This document shows positions 1 to 9,451 of a DNA stretch of 64,000 nt, one piece after another; the first letter of the stretch is position 1; the number at the start of each line of letters is the position of its first letter. Made by a program: the position numbers and the translations under genes. Source of the DNA: Candidatus Poribacteria bacterium (GTDB lineage Bacteria > Poribacteria > WGA-4E > PCPOR2b); assembly GCA_965208675.1 (NCBI GenBank), contig OZ242351.1:832001-896000 (forward strand), in the 5' to 3' direction. Under the pieces are notes generated by a model. The model worked only from the letters and a program-made list of their open reading frames with translations, did not search any database and was not told the origin of the DNA.

Positions 1-2
1 CG

Positions 3-2966
3 GCGGCGAGCAACGACCGTGTAACAGCCCGCAACCTGTGGGCGCTGACAGCGACACGCGACAGTGGCGTGGCAGTTGACGACCAAGCCATTGCCAACGC
101 CGCGAACTACCTCAAGACAGCTTTCGCTCAGACCAACAAAAACGGCGAAGACACAAAGGCGTCAATCCTTTATTCCCTCTCAACGCTAGATGACCTGGAT
201 TTCGCGCGCGCAAACCGCCTGTATCGGCGCCGGAATCAGATGAGCAATGTTTCGTTGGCGTACGCTGCACTGGTCTTTGTCAATCTCAACCGCTTAGAAA
301 TTGCAGACGAGATACTTGAAATATTGGAACGCCGCGGCCTGTTGCCCGATGAAGAGAGAAACTCGACGATTGTCAGCTCGCACACAGGCCACGGTCAAGT
401 CGAGACTGTCGCTTTGGCGCTGTTAAGCATGCAAGCAGTCCGCCCAAGTTCAGCGTGGGTAAACGATGCGGTGGAATACCTAATTGGTCAGCGCCGTTAC
501 TACGGCTATTCGGCGTACGCCGCTAAAGGTGCTGTCGTCGCCGCACTAGCAACCTACTATCAAACGACGCAACATGCGGCAGATGACTACAGACTAAGCC
601 TGCTCGTGAACGGTGAACCGCTCGAAACAATTGCAGTTCAGAGGGATTCCGTTAACCGTCTAATTCACGTGCCAACCGCGCAAATTCTCGACGGACAGAA
701 CCGCGTCGAGATGCAAATCGAAGGGCAGGGGACTTATACGTACCTTGTTACAATCAGCGGGTTTTCTCCAGACGTGCCGAACTGGGTCGGCGCTGAACCG
801 GAGACTAACGGCAGTTTGAAAAACACACGAATTAACCGCCGCTACCTTCACCCACCGCTTGAATATCGGGGCAAACCCATCGGCGCGCGGAGCACGACAG
901 GGATTACTCAATTGGAAGCCGGCGCAAAGATGGAAGTCTCTGTCAACATCGTGTATGGCATTGGCGCACTCACGCCCGACCACCATTCTAAGGGCAGGTA
1001 CGTTGTTGTAGATGAATTTTTCCCCGCCGGGACAACGGTCGTTGACGGTACAGTTAATGGCGATTTTCAACACTACGATGTCGGAGACGGTGTAATCCGT
1101 TTCTACTATGGGCCCCGCGCTACCTTTAGGGACTACAGCTATCAGCTAGTCAGCTATGCGCCCGGCGATTACCGCGTCCCCCCAACTGTAATGCGCGGCG
1201 TTCAAAGCCGCGATAATATGCGGCTGGGACCGGCGGCTTCGCTTACCGTGCTAGGACCAAGCGAAAAATCCAAAGACACCTATGAGATGAATAACGCAGA
1301 AAACTTTGCACTAGGGAAAGCGTATTTCGACGACGCAAATTATGGCGATGCGCGTCCATTGCTTGAAACGCTATCCAAAGACAGCCCAAAATTCAACGCG
1401 AAAGAGGCCGCGAAGATGCTTTTGTGGATTTACACGACAGAAGAACATTACAGTGCGAGGCACGTCGTCCAAGCATTTGAGGGTTCTCGCGACCACTATC
1501 CAGATCTCGAAATCCCTATTGACAGGATTCAGGTAGTCAGCTCAGCATACCGTGATATTGGAGAATTTGAACGCGCAACCATGGTTCATCGCTCCGCAAT
1601 CGAATCCAGCTTTGCTCGGGACACGAATGTTAGCACAGCTCTTCAGGACAATGGTGAATTCTTACGTTCGATCGAATTCATTGAAGATTTGTGGCGTGAA
1701 TACCCCGACACCCCTACTACCATTCACGCTTACTTCGCAATCGCACAGTCTCTCTATGCGAGTAAAGATGCCGCGGATGGAAGCGCCAAACCAGCGCCCA
1801 AAATTCAAACCCTTAATCGAACGGTAAAGATACTCACTCAGTTCCTGACGCTGTACCCTACGAATCCGCTCGCAGACGACGCCGCGTTTTCGCTCGCGAA
1901 CGCATATATGGACCTGGAGGATTTTCAGAATGTGGTGAAACTTTGCCGCTTGAATCAGGCGTACCGCCCGGACAGTGTGCTGCTGAGCAGTTTTCAATAC
2001 CTGAAAGCGCTCGGGCTCTTTGCACTGAACGAATATGATGAAGCCATTAAGGCAGCGACGCTCGTGGCATCAAGTGAAAGCGAAGACTGTGATTTTGCGC
2101 GGTACATCGTCGGGCAGATTTACCATGCGCAGGGCAAAACGAAACAGGCGATTGACTGGTACAGGCGAGTCAGGCAAATCTACCCCGATGCGGATGAATC
2201 CATCGCTCATTTTGAAGCACAGCAGATTTCCATTCCCGAAGTCACAATTAAGCGCCCGAATTTTGACGTGGTGTTGACGTTAAAGCATCGAAACATCTTA
2301 TCGGCAGAAATTCAGGTATACCGAATTGATTTGATGAATCTCTTTCTGCGTGAAAAAGATCTCAGCCGTGTAACTCAAGTACATTTAGCGGGTATAGAAC
2401 CGGAAATCAGCCAAACCGTTAATTTTGGTGACGCTAAAGATTTCATAGAGGCAACCCGAGACATTTCGTTACCCATTACAGACGAGGGGGCATACCTCGT
2501 CATCTGCCGCGGCGGCAATCTGTCCGCGAGCGGTTTAATTTTGATTACGCCGTTGGAGATTGAGGTACAGGAGGGCGCGGAGAGCGGCCGTGTACGTGTC
2601 GTTGTGCAGGACGCACTTTCAGGCAAATATCAACCGAGAGTCCATGTCAAAGCGGTAGGCTCCACAGGCGGGCGATTTATCTCAGGCGAAACAGATTTCC
2701 GCGGCATTTTCATCGCCGACGGTTTACACGGTACGACAACTGTCATCGCGCGTGACGGTATGAATCGTTATGCGTTCCATCGCGGCAATTTGTGGCTTGG
2801 CGCCCCACCCTCCGATTCAGAATCGCCCCCCAGCCCAAGGGCAGCAACGGACTATCGTCAGCATCTTGATCGCAAGAATCAGGAAATCCAAGCGGCAAAC
2901 GTTGAAGGGTTTGACCGTTTGCGTCGAGCACCCCGCGACGGAGTCCAGCTCCAGCACGCTTATTAA
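3..2966 (+). CDS. Alpha-2-macroglobulin family protein with TPR repeats (5'-truncated by window edge)
   Basis: Frame is open from base 3. Thioester/TED-like helical region (VETVALALL), A2M receptor/MG10-like segment (YVVVDEFFPAG...PGDYRVPP), TPR helices and C-terminal MG-like domains. Confidence 0.8.
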   Translation, partial: AASNDRVTARNLWALTATRDSGVAVDDQAIANAANYLKTAFAQTNKNGEDTKASILYSLSTLDDLDFARANRLYRRRNQMSNVSLAYAALVFVNLNRLEIADEILEILERRGLLPDEERNSTIVSSHTGHGQVETVALALLSMQAVRPSSAWVNDAVEYLIGQRRYYGYSAYAAKGAVVAALATYYQTTQHAADDYRLSLLVNGEPLETIAVQRDSVNRLIHVPTAQILDGQNRVEMQIEGQGTYTYLVTISGFSPDVPNWVGAEPETNGSLKNTRINRRYLHPPLEYRGKPIGARSTTGITQLEAGAKMEVSVNIVYGIGALTPDHHSKGRYVVVDEFFPAGTTVVDGTVNGDFQHYDVGDGVIRFYYGPRATFRDYSYQLVSYAPGDYRVPPTVMRGVQSRDNMRLGPAASLTVLGPSEKSKDTYEMNNAENFALGKAYFDDANYGDARPLLETLSKDSPKFNAKEAAKMLLWIYTTEEHYSARHVVQAFEGSRDHYPDLEIPIDRIQVVSSAYRDIGEFERATMVHRSAIESSFARDTNVSTALQDNGEFLRSIEFIEDLWREYPDTPTTIHAYFAIAQSLYASKDAADGSAKPAPKIQTLNRTVKILTQFLTLYPTNPLADDAAFSLANAYMDLEDFQNVVKLCRLNQAYRPDSVLLSSFQYLKALGLFALNEYDEAIKAATLVASSESEDCDFARYIVGQIYHAQGKTKQAIDWYRRVRQIYPDADESIAHFEAQQISIPEVTIKRPNFDVVLTLKHRNILSAEIQVYRIDLMNLFLREKDLSRVTQVHLAGIEPEISQTVNFGDAKDFIEATRDISLPITDEGAYLVICRGGNLSASGLILITPLEIEVQEGAESGRVRVVVQDALSGKYQPRVHVKAVGSTGGRFISGETDFRGIFIADGLHGTTTVIARDGMNRYAFHRGNLWLGAPPSDSESPPSPRAATDYRQHLDRKNQEIQAANVEGFDRLRRAPRDGVQLQHAY

Positions 2967-3095
2967 GCGCGGCCATGTGGTATACCCCAACCGTCCCGCT
3001 TAGTTTACCACCACCACCCCGTTATTTACCCTACGCTCGCTTACCAATTCTAAACCAATATGGTGTTCTTCACGCAAAAAAAATTCGCCTTTGCG

Positions 3096-3123
3096 GGAAC
3101 ATCCGTAGAGAATTCGCGTCTTA
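3096..3123 (+). promoter_or_regulatory. ECF-type promoter GGAAC-N16-CGTCTTA upstream of ECF sigma fusion
   Basis: Matches the general ECF consensus AAC-N16/17-CGT, about 60 nt upstream of the GTG start; RBS GGGAGA. Confidence 0.65.
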
Positions 3124-3183
3124 ATAATCAAATGTGAATTTCGAGATAATCGGCATTCCAAGACTTAACACCGGGAGATTTCA

Positions 3184-6030
3184 GTGGCGCAGAGTGATGC
3201 CGAACTCATAAAGCGTACGTTGGACGGCGATGATAACGCATTCGGCTTTTTGGTGGAAAAATACAAGGGCGCCGTACACGCCCTCGCTTACCGGAAAATC
3301 GGTGATTTTCACATCGCTGAGGACATTACGCAAGACACTTTCCTCAAGGCATACCAGAAACTTTCTACGCTGAAGCGTCACGAAAACTTTTCTGGATGGT
3401 TATATGTGATTGCGGCACGGTGCTGCATCTCCTGGCTTCGAGAGAATCAAAACCCAATGCAATCCCTTGAGCAGGTAGGTGCGGCGCAGGTCGAAGCATC
3501 CGCAGAAAGGGAATATTCGGACGATCGGGTGCGTAAGCGACTCCGCGATGCGCTGGAAAACCTACCTGAAAGCGACCGAACCGTTTTGACGCTGCACTAC
3601 CTTGGCGGGATGACCTACGAGGAGGTGAGCCGTTTCATCGGCGCCTCAACGAGCGCAGTCAAGAACCGTCTCTATCGGGCACGGCACCATTTGAAGGAGG
3701 AGTTAATTAAAATGATACATCAGACTTGGGGGACTCTCCAACTTCCACCAACTTTCACGCAGCAGTTGGTCGAAAAAATCTACCGTCTCAATCCAGCTCC
3801 AGCACCGGGCAGCAAGCCGCAGGCTCCATGGATCGCCGCGGTAACACTTGGCGCGGCGACGCTTGTTGTTTTGGTAGGCATGTTATCCACATCGGAATTT
3901 CAGCAACCCTATTCTCTCAACCCGTCTACGCCGGTTGAGATAGTCGAATTGACGGATGCGCCAATAGTTGAGACCTACTTGCCGAAACCGTCAATTTACG
4001 GTCACTCCGGGGGAGATGGAAATCCTGTTTTGGCTGTCACATCGGGAAGCGGTGATACGGTAGATAAACCGCGAGGTAGCATTACCGGACGTGTCACCTA
4101 CGCAGATTCTGGGAAGCCCGCCGCGAACGTACCCATTCGTGCTGCAGGCATCCAGCCGGGTATCGGAGATGCGCACGCGCACACGGGTGCAGATGGAACG
4201 TATGTTTTGGAGAATGTTCTCGTTGGACCATACGTTGTCATGATCGGCGACACCTGGGAATGGCATGAAACTTTTGATTGGCGGGCGCCGGCTAATGAAG
4301 GAATCCATGTCGAACCAGACAGCATCTCGACGGGTGTTGATTTTTCATTAACACCGGGAGGATTCGTAGAAGGCAAGATAACGGACGGCGACACAGGCGA
4401 ACCTGTCGCGGGCATACAGATCCAGGTTTACGATGCCGCGCATCCACCGAGTCAAGGCATGGGACATTGGCTCAACACCGACACCGATGGACGTTATCGA
4501 TTCCGTGTGGCACCTGGAAAAGTGGGCATTCATGTCGGTTCAATCAATACCAAAATACCATATTACATTAAATTACCCGGAGGTGAATTTTACGGGGAAG
4601 TCGTAGAGGGTGAGACGCTTTCTGATATCGACTTTGTATGCTTCCGTGGGTATAGCATACACGGTACGGTGCGTACAGCGGACAATCAGCCGGTAACGGG
4701 CGCATCCGTCCGGGCGCATATCATTCCCATTATGGGTTTAATTGAATTGCCGAATCACGCGTCGACTGATGAGCAAGGAAGATTCACATTGAAAGGCATT
4801 CCAGTAAACGAAGAAACAGAGCAGTTAGTTATCATTGCGGAACATGACAATCTCCACGGCAGAGCGAATTGGTCGAAGGAACAGGCTGATGCCGTTGAAA
4901 TTACGCTTATTCCCCGACCTACCGCTATCATCGCGGGTCAAGCAATCGACGAGCAGGGAAGTCCAATTTCCCATGCCGGAATTGGGTTGAGTTGGGAGGA
5001 GGGATTCGCAGGCACAGCCACTACTGCGCCCGATTCATCTGTTGCAGAATCTGATTCTGATGGAAATTTCACCGTCGGTCCAACATTCTCGTTTGGTAAA
5101 TCATGGTTGGAAGTCGGTGGAAAATATCAGATTCATGCCACGGCCGCCGAATATGGAAGGACTTCTTCCGAATGGTTTACTTTGCAAGAAGGCGATCATA
5201 TCGTTCCCGACCTCGTTTTGCCCAAGGCAGAATACTTCATTGCCGGGCAGGTGGTCGACTGGCAGGGTCAGCCTGTCGGCGGCGCAACCGTTTTCGCTGA
5301 AGGAACTCGTACAGCAGTAAACGGCGTCTCCGATCGTGACGGGAGATTCAATCTGAAAAATATTGCTGATAGTCGAATTCGAGTGTATGCTTTTCATCAA
5401 GGTCCCGACTGTTCTGATACAGATGCCGAATTTGATGCAAATCGGGAGGATGTGCGCGTTATATTGGCACCGAATAAACCCATGATTAGTGATGCTGCAG
5501 GTAATAGTATCCGATTCGACCCTTTTCCGTACCCGCTTGAAGGTAAGCAGGCACCCGAACTGAAAATCTATAGCCGGCACAGTTGGTTGAACTCCGAACC
5601 CATTGAGCTGAATTCACTGCGCGGCAAAATTGCTGTCTTAAATTTTTGGTCGACCTATGTCAACCAAGAAAGTTGCGACCCTTGGCTTCCAGCGCTAAGT
5701 CGCATCCATGAGAAATACAGCGATAGGAGAGTAATTGTAATCGGCGTACATACGTCCGTCCATCAATTGGAGGGACATCCTCGCATTCAAGAAATTGAGA
5801 AATCGGTTACCCAGCGGGGGATAAAATACCCGATTGCTATTGATGTGGCAGGAGCTAACGCTAATGTTGACGTGAATGACTGGCCGAGTCAATTCGGTGC
5901 AACATTTAACGACTACCTGGTACGGTCCCTTCCAACTATCCTATTCGTCGACAAGGCGGGCAAAGTCAGAACACTCTTTCTCATCGGAGGTACCCTCGAC
6001 GAGAAAGTGAACGCGTTATTGAACGAGTAA
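3184..6030 (+). CDS. ECF sigma-70 factor fused to TM helix, carboxypeptidase-regulatory-like Ig repeats and a TlpA/thioredoxin-like domain
   Basis: Sigma region 2 (AEDITQDTFLKAY, FSGWLYVIA) and region 4 (MTYEEVS...AVKNRLYRAR). Hydrophobic helix at about aa 215-235, repeated GxVxDxxGxPVxGA/TDxxGxF motifs and C-terminal VLNFWST...LPTILFVDKAGKVR. Confidence 0.9.
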   Translation: MAQSDAELIKRTLDGDDNAFGFLVEKYKGAVHALAYRKIGDFHIAEDITQDTFLKAYQKLSTLKRHENFSGWLYVIAARCCISWLRENQNPMQSLEQVGAAQVEASAEREYSDDRVRKRLRDALENLPESDRTVLTLHYLGGMTYEEVSRFIGASTSAVKNRLYRARHHLKEELIKMIHQTWGTLQLPPTFTQQLVEKIYRLNPAPAPGSKPQAPWIAAVTLGAATLVVLVGMLSTSEFQQPYSLNPSTPVEIVELTDAPIVETYLPKPSIYGHSGGDGNPVLAVTSGSGDTVDKPRGSITGRVTYADSGKPAANVPIRAAGIQPGIGDAHAHTGADGTYVLENVLVGPYVVMIGDTWEWHETFDWRAPANEGIHVEPDSISTGVDFSLTPGGFVEGKITDGDTGEPVAGIQIQVYDAAHPPSQGMGHWLNTDTDGRYRFRVAPGKVGIHVGSINTKIPYYIKLPGGEFYGEVVEGETLSDIDFVCFRGYSIHGTVRTADNQPVTGASVRAHIIPIMGLIELPNHASTDEQGRFTLKGIPVNEETEQLVIIAEHDNLHGRANWSKEQADAVEITLIPRPTAIIAGQAIDEQGSPISHAGIGLSWEEGFAGTATTAPDSSVAESDSDGNFTVGPTFSFGKSWLEVGGKYQIHATAAEYGRTSSEWFTLQEGDHIVPDLVLPKAEYFIAGQVVDWQGQPVGGATVFAEGTRTAVNGVSDRDGRFNLKNIADSRIRVYAFHQGPDCSDTDAEFDANREDVRVILAPNKPMISDAAGNSIRFDPFPYPLEGKQAPELKIYSRHSWLNSEPIELNSLRGKIAVLNFWSTYVNQESCDPWLPALSRIHEKYSDRRVIVIGVHTSVHQLEGHPRIQEIEKSVTQRGIKYPIAIDVAGANANVDVNDWPSQFGATFNDYLVRSLPTILFVDKAGKVRTLFLIGGTLDEKVNALLNE

Positions 6031-6177
6031 CCTATATATCCCTGTTCTCTTACTCAGCGCTATCGCGCCAAGATTCTCCCCCTAGTCAACGGTGAATAAG
6101 AGGGGGTCGCCGTCTTCCGGAAAAGCTCTCGAAGGTTGGGTGGCGCCAACGGCGAAATGCAATCTACAAACATTTGT

Positions 6178-6258
6178 AACCTCCCCTAACCCCTCCTTAG
6201 TAAGGAGGAGAATTGCAATAAAATCCTCTCCCTTGCCAAGGGAGGGCGAGAGGGGGTT
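6178..6258. repeat. REP-like palindromic element with two internal hairpins
   Basis: AACCTCCCCTAACCCCTCCTTAGTAAGGAGGAG...CCTCTCCCTTGCCAAGGGAGGGCGAGAGGGGGTT lies between convergent genes and has complementary ends. Confidence 0.6.
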
Positions 6259-6266
6259 TATACGGG

Positions 6267-6638
6267 TCATAACTGAATGCCAAGTTTCCGGCACCGCTTG
6301 CGAATCTTTTTTATTGCCCCGCCAACCTGTTTCCCGTTCCGTGTAACACCAAAAAGGTGTTGACTCACAACCCGCCGCCGAATCCCAAGCATATTTCCAA
6401 TCTCCTCCTGCGTCTTCCCCTCATAAAAGTAGAGTTGGACACACCGCGCCTGCTGGTACGTCAGTTCGTTTCCGATAATATGGCGAATTTGCTGCAAGAC
6501 CCGCTGCTGTTTGGCGCGATATTCGCTCGTATGTGCATCGACTGCTGATTGATACGGAAGATATTCTTCTGTGCTGAACTGCTCAAAATACTCTGGCGGA
6601 ACCGGAACTTCCCAAAAGTCCGGATTGAATTTTAGCAT
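6267..6638 (-). CDS. Stand-alone sigma-70 region 4-like HTH protein
   Basis: LTYQQARCVQLYFYEGKTQEEIGNMLGIRRRVVSQHL; RBS AGGAGA. Confidence 0.75.
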   Translation of the reverse strand: MLKFNPDFWEVPVPPEYFEQFSTEEYLPYQSAVDAHTSEYRAKQQRVLQQIRHIIGNELTYQQARCVQLYFYEGKTQEEIGNMLGIRRRVVSQHLFGVTRNGKQVGGAIKKIRKRCRKLGIQL

Positions 6639-6878
6639 AGATCATTTCTCCTATAGTAGCCGCAAGTTACCCGCAATGCGGCAGGGTGCCTATGCCGTAT
6701 TCAATACCAACTCAGAGATAAAATCCCTTAACGGTAAATTCGGAGGACAAGGCACCACAGCCTTAGACAAGAAAAGTCAGTGTGAATTACCGACCCTTTC
6801 AAGGTTGTCATTCTGTTCCTCCTTTCCTTCTAATGGTGTTTCAATAGGTTGAGTAAAGCGAGAGAATAGATTAAACTA

Positions 6879-6913
6879 TTTACTCTTTACTCATTACGCA
6901 TTACTCATTACTC
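6879..6913. repeat. Short heptamer tandem repeat (TTACTCA/TTACGCA)
   Basis: TTTACTCTTTACTCATTACGCATTACTCATTACTC; inverted near-copy at 13756-13780. Confidence 0.6.
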
Positions 6914-7192
6914 TGCATCTTCCGAATCGTTCGAGTCTTCCGGCGGAGTTACGCCAATCCACGGATTCAGACGTGAGTGGTGAATAACCCAGTAGACAGC
7001 CGCGACAAATAATCCGCCAAGAATCGCCGCAAGAGACCAAACGACTGGCGGCACGAGAATCGGTTTGCGGGGCAATCTCTTTGCATCTAGATACACTGCC
7101 ACACCAAAACACCCGTGCACGATTGCGGTGAGAAGTACGATAAGGATTGAGATTCCGGACACAGATTTCACCCAAAACTCCATGGCTTCCAT
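6908..7192 (-). CDS. Small hypothetical membrane protein (2 TM, PLDc_N-like)
   Basis: Two hydrophobic helices flanking AVYLDAKR and WSLAAILGG; start uncertain. Confidence 0.6.
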   Translation of the reverse strand: MEAMEFWVKSVSGISILIVLLTAIVHGCFGVAVYLDAKRLPRKPILVPPVVWSLAAILGGLFVAAVYWVIHHSRLNPWIGVTPPEDSNDSEDAE

Positions 7193-7507
7193 GACATCCA
7201 CCTTCACTCTCCTTTTTCTGCTCCACCCCATGAGCGCAACGCTAAAAGATCACGCTCCGCATAGTAAATTGTCGAAATGTAAACGACGACCCCTCGACTA
7301 TACACAAGTTCGGATGCACTTTTGAATGCCTTGTGTGAATAAAATGACGCTACTACGCTCCTAGACAACAAAATTCAACATCCAACTGAAGCATTATAGC
7401 CGTGCGTTGCACTGAATTCAAGCAAAAACTCTCCGGACGAAAACGAGCAGCTGCAAAATATTGCTTTCATGTGATACAATAAATCCCCGATCGAACAGGG
7501 TGTTCTG

Positions 7508-9241
7508 ATGCTGTGTAAAACCTCTCGGTTTCATTCGATCCAAAGCCAAAGGAGATTAAGCGACGTGTGTTCAAAAATGCCCCCTCCAAAATCCGGCACT
7601 GACAATCGCACACCGAAGGAAAAAATTGACGCCATCCACCGCCCGAAGTGGTGCATTGACACAGACGACGGCAGGCTTTACTGGGACGTAATCTGTGGGG
7701 CAATTCGCAACGATGAAAAGACGATCGCTGAGCATCTAAAGAGAAACCCGGACTGCGCACGCCTTGAGTTCTGGTATACGCCGCCGATTCATTTTGCCGT
7801 ACGCGAGGGGAATTTGGAGGCGGCGCGGCTGCTATGGAATGCATATGCCTACGAGGACGTGACCAAGCTCATCGCCATGGCGGACGACCGCGGACATGCC
7901 GGTGTTGCGGACTTTTTGCGCGGTTCAATCCAAAACGGATTCGCCGACGCGGATTTTCGGCTGCACAAGGTCGTTCAGACCCGAAATTACGGCGCTGTGG
8001 GACGGGTGTTAAGGACTCATCCGGAAATCGCCGAACACCGCGATTCAGAAGGCAGAACCGCACTCCACCTGGCGGTCATCTCCGGCAACCTGCACGCTGC
8101 ACGTTCACTATTAGCCGCCGGGGTGGAGATTGACCCTGTCGATCACTTCGGCTTTCGACCGGTTCACTACACCTGCTGGAAAAACCAATACTGGGCATGC
8201 GTTAAAGGCGGCGACACCCTCCTGAAAGCCCTGCTCGACGCCGGCGCCGCCGACAGTGCTACGCTCGCGGCGGCCCGCGGAGACCTAAACTCTGTGCGTG
8301 CATTCGTTGAGGCAAATGCGGCCAATGTGAACTACGGTGAATCGCTACAGAAACGGCCCCTATCTGCAGCGGTGGAGCGCGGTCATCGTGAAATCGTGCG
8401 TTACCTGCTTGACCGCGGCGCCGATCCGACACTGTCGGAAAGCCGGCTGTGTCCGCACGGTTCCGCACTCATGACGGCATCGGTGAACGATGATGTAGAG
8501 ATGGCACGATGGCTGTTGGACGAAGGCGCCAACCCCAATCACGGCATTGACTCGTCGGGAACGCCAGCGACTCGCGCATCGTCAGATGAAATGCGCGGGC
8601 TAATGTACCAATACGGCGGGCGCCCCGAAGCAGCCTGGGGCGTCGCGCAGCGCGGCGACCTTGAAACCTTAGCGGTGATTCTGAGTTACTGCGATGATCC
8701 CTTCAGGAATGCGGAGAGTGAATTTCTTTCGACGCCTTACACCGCCATCGTGAGCGGCTGCGGACGCCGCCTCGATAGGGGAGAGTCTACCGTTGCTTAC
8801 GAAGCCATGCTGCGCATATTCTTGCGCCGCCAGTTTCCCATGCCCAAGGTGTTAACCGAGTGCAAAAGTTACCTGTACCATGTGCCCCACATGACGCGGC
8901 AGTTGCTGGAGAACGGACTGGACCCCAATTTACACGACTGGCTGCGGCGCACGCCGTTGCACGACCTGTGCACCGGGTTGCGGCACGTAGCGGATGCAGC
9001 GGAGTTGGTGCAGATGTTTATCCAACACGGCGCCGATGTCAATGCGATTGACGAAGAAGATCGCTCGACCCCGCTTGGCATCGCTGCGCGTGAAGGGAAT
9101 GCGGCGCTCGTCAAACTGCTGCTGGAAAACGGAGCAGACCCAAACGGCTCCGGCACAAATTGGGCTAAGCCGCTGGCATGGGCGCAGCGGCGGGGGCACG
9201 ATATGATTGAGGCGACATTGCGTGAGTGCGGCGCCAACTAG
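7508..9241 (+). CDS. Ankyrin repeat protein
   Basis: Multiple ankyrin motifs (GRTALHLAV, STPLGIAAREGNAALVKLLLENGADPN). Start may be at 7577. Confidence 0.9.
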   Translation: MLCKTSRFHSIQSQRRLSDVCSKMPPPKSGTDNRTPKEKIDAIHRPKWCIDTDDGRLYWDVICGAIRNDEKTIAEHLKRNPDCARLEFWYTPPIHFAVREGNLEAARLLWNAYAYEDVTKLIAMADDRGHAGVADFLRGSIQNGFADADFRLHKVVQTRNYGAVGRVLRTHPEIAEHRDSEGRTALHLAVISGNLHAARSLLAAGVEIDPVDHFGFRPVHYTCWKNQYWACVKGGDTLLKALLDAGAADSATLAAARGDLNSVRAFVEANAANVNYGESLQKRPLSAAVERGHREIVRYLLDRGADPTLSESRLCPHGSALMTASVNDDVEMARWLLDEGANPNHGIDSSGTPATRASSDEMRGLMYQYGGRPEAAWGVAQRGDLETLAVILSYCDDPFRNAESEFLSTPYTAIVSGCGRRLDRGESTVAYEAMLRIFLRRQFPMPKVLTECKSYLYHVPHMTRQLLENGLDPNLHDWLRRTPLHDLCTGLRHVADAAELVQMFIQHGADVNAIDEEDRSTPLGIAAREGNAALVKLLLENGADPNGSGTNWAKPLAWAQRRGHDMIEATLRECGAN

Positions 9242-9375
9242 ACCTCGCGCCCGCCTGCATGGGTTTTCCCGCGTAATGTGAGAATGTGTGGTGGTCATGG
9301 TCTGAACTGTGAAAATTAGGATTCAAGGATTTGCAGGACTAGTGGCACTACTGGATTGAGAATCCTCCATCAAGC

Positions 9376-9436
9376 AAAAAAAGCGGAGCCAACCCGAAAG
9401 GACGGAATCTTATTTCCCGTCTGGGTTGTACTCCGC
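9376..9436 (-). terminator. Rho-independent terminator of the His-rich protein gene
   Basis: Minus strand: GCGGAG..CAACCC..ACGGGAA / TTCCGT..GGGTTG..CTCCGC long hairpin followed by T7. Confidence 0.7.
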
Positions 9437-9451
9437 AGTGTAATGTCCATC

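Noticed and set aside
6082-6346. Short ORFs over the palindromic element
   Set aside because: They are translations of the REP-like repeat and have no RBS.
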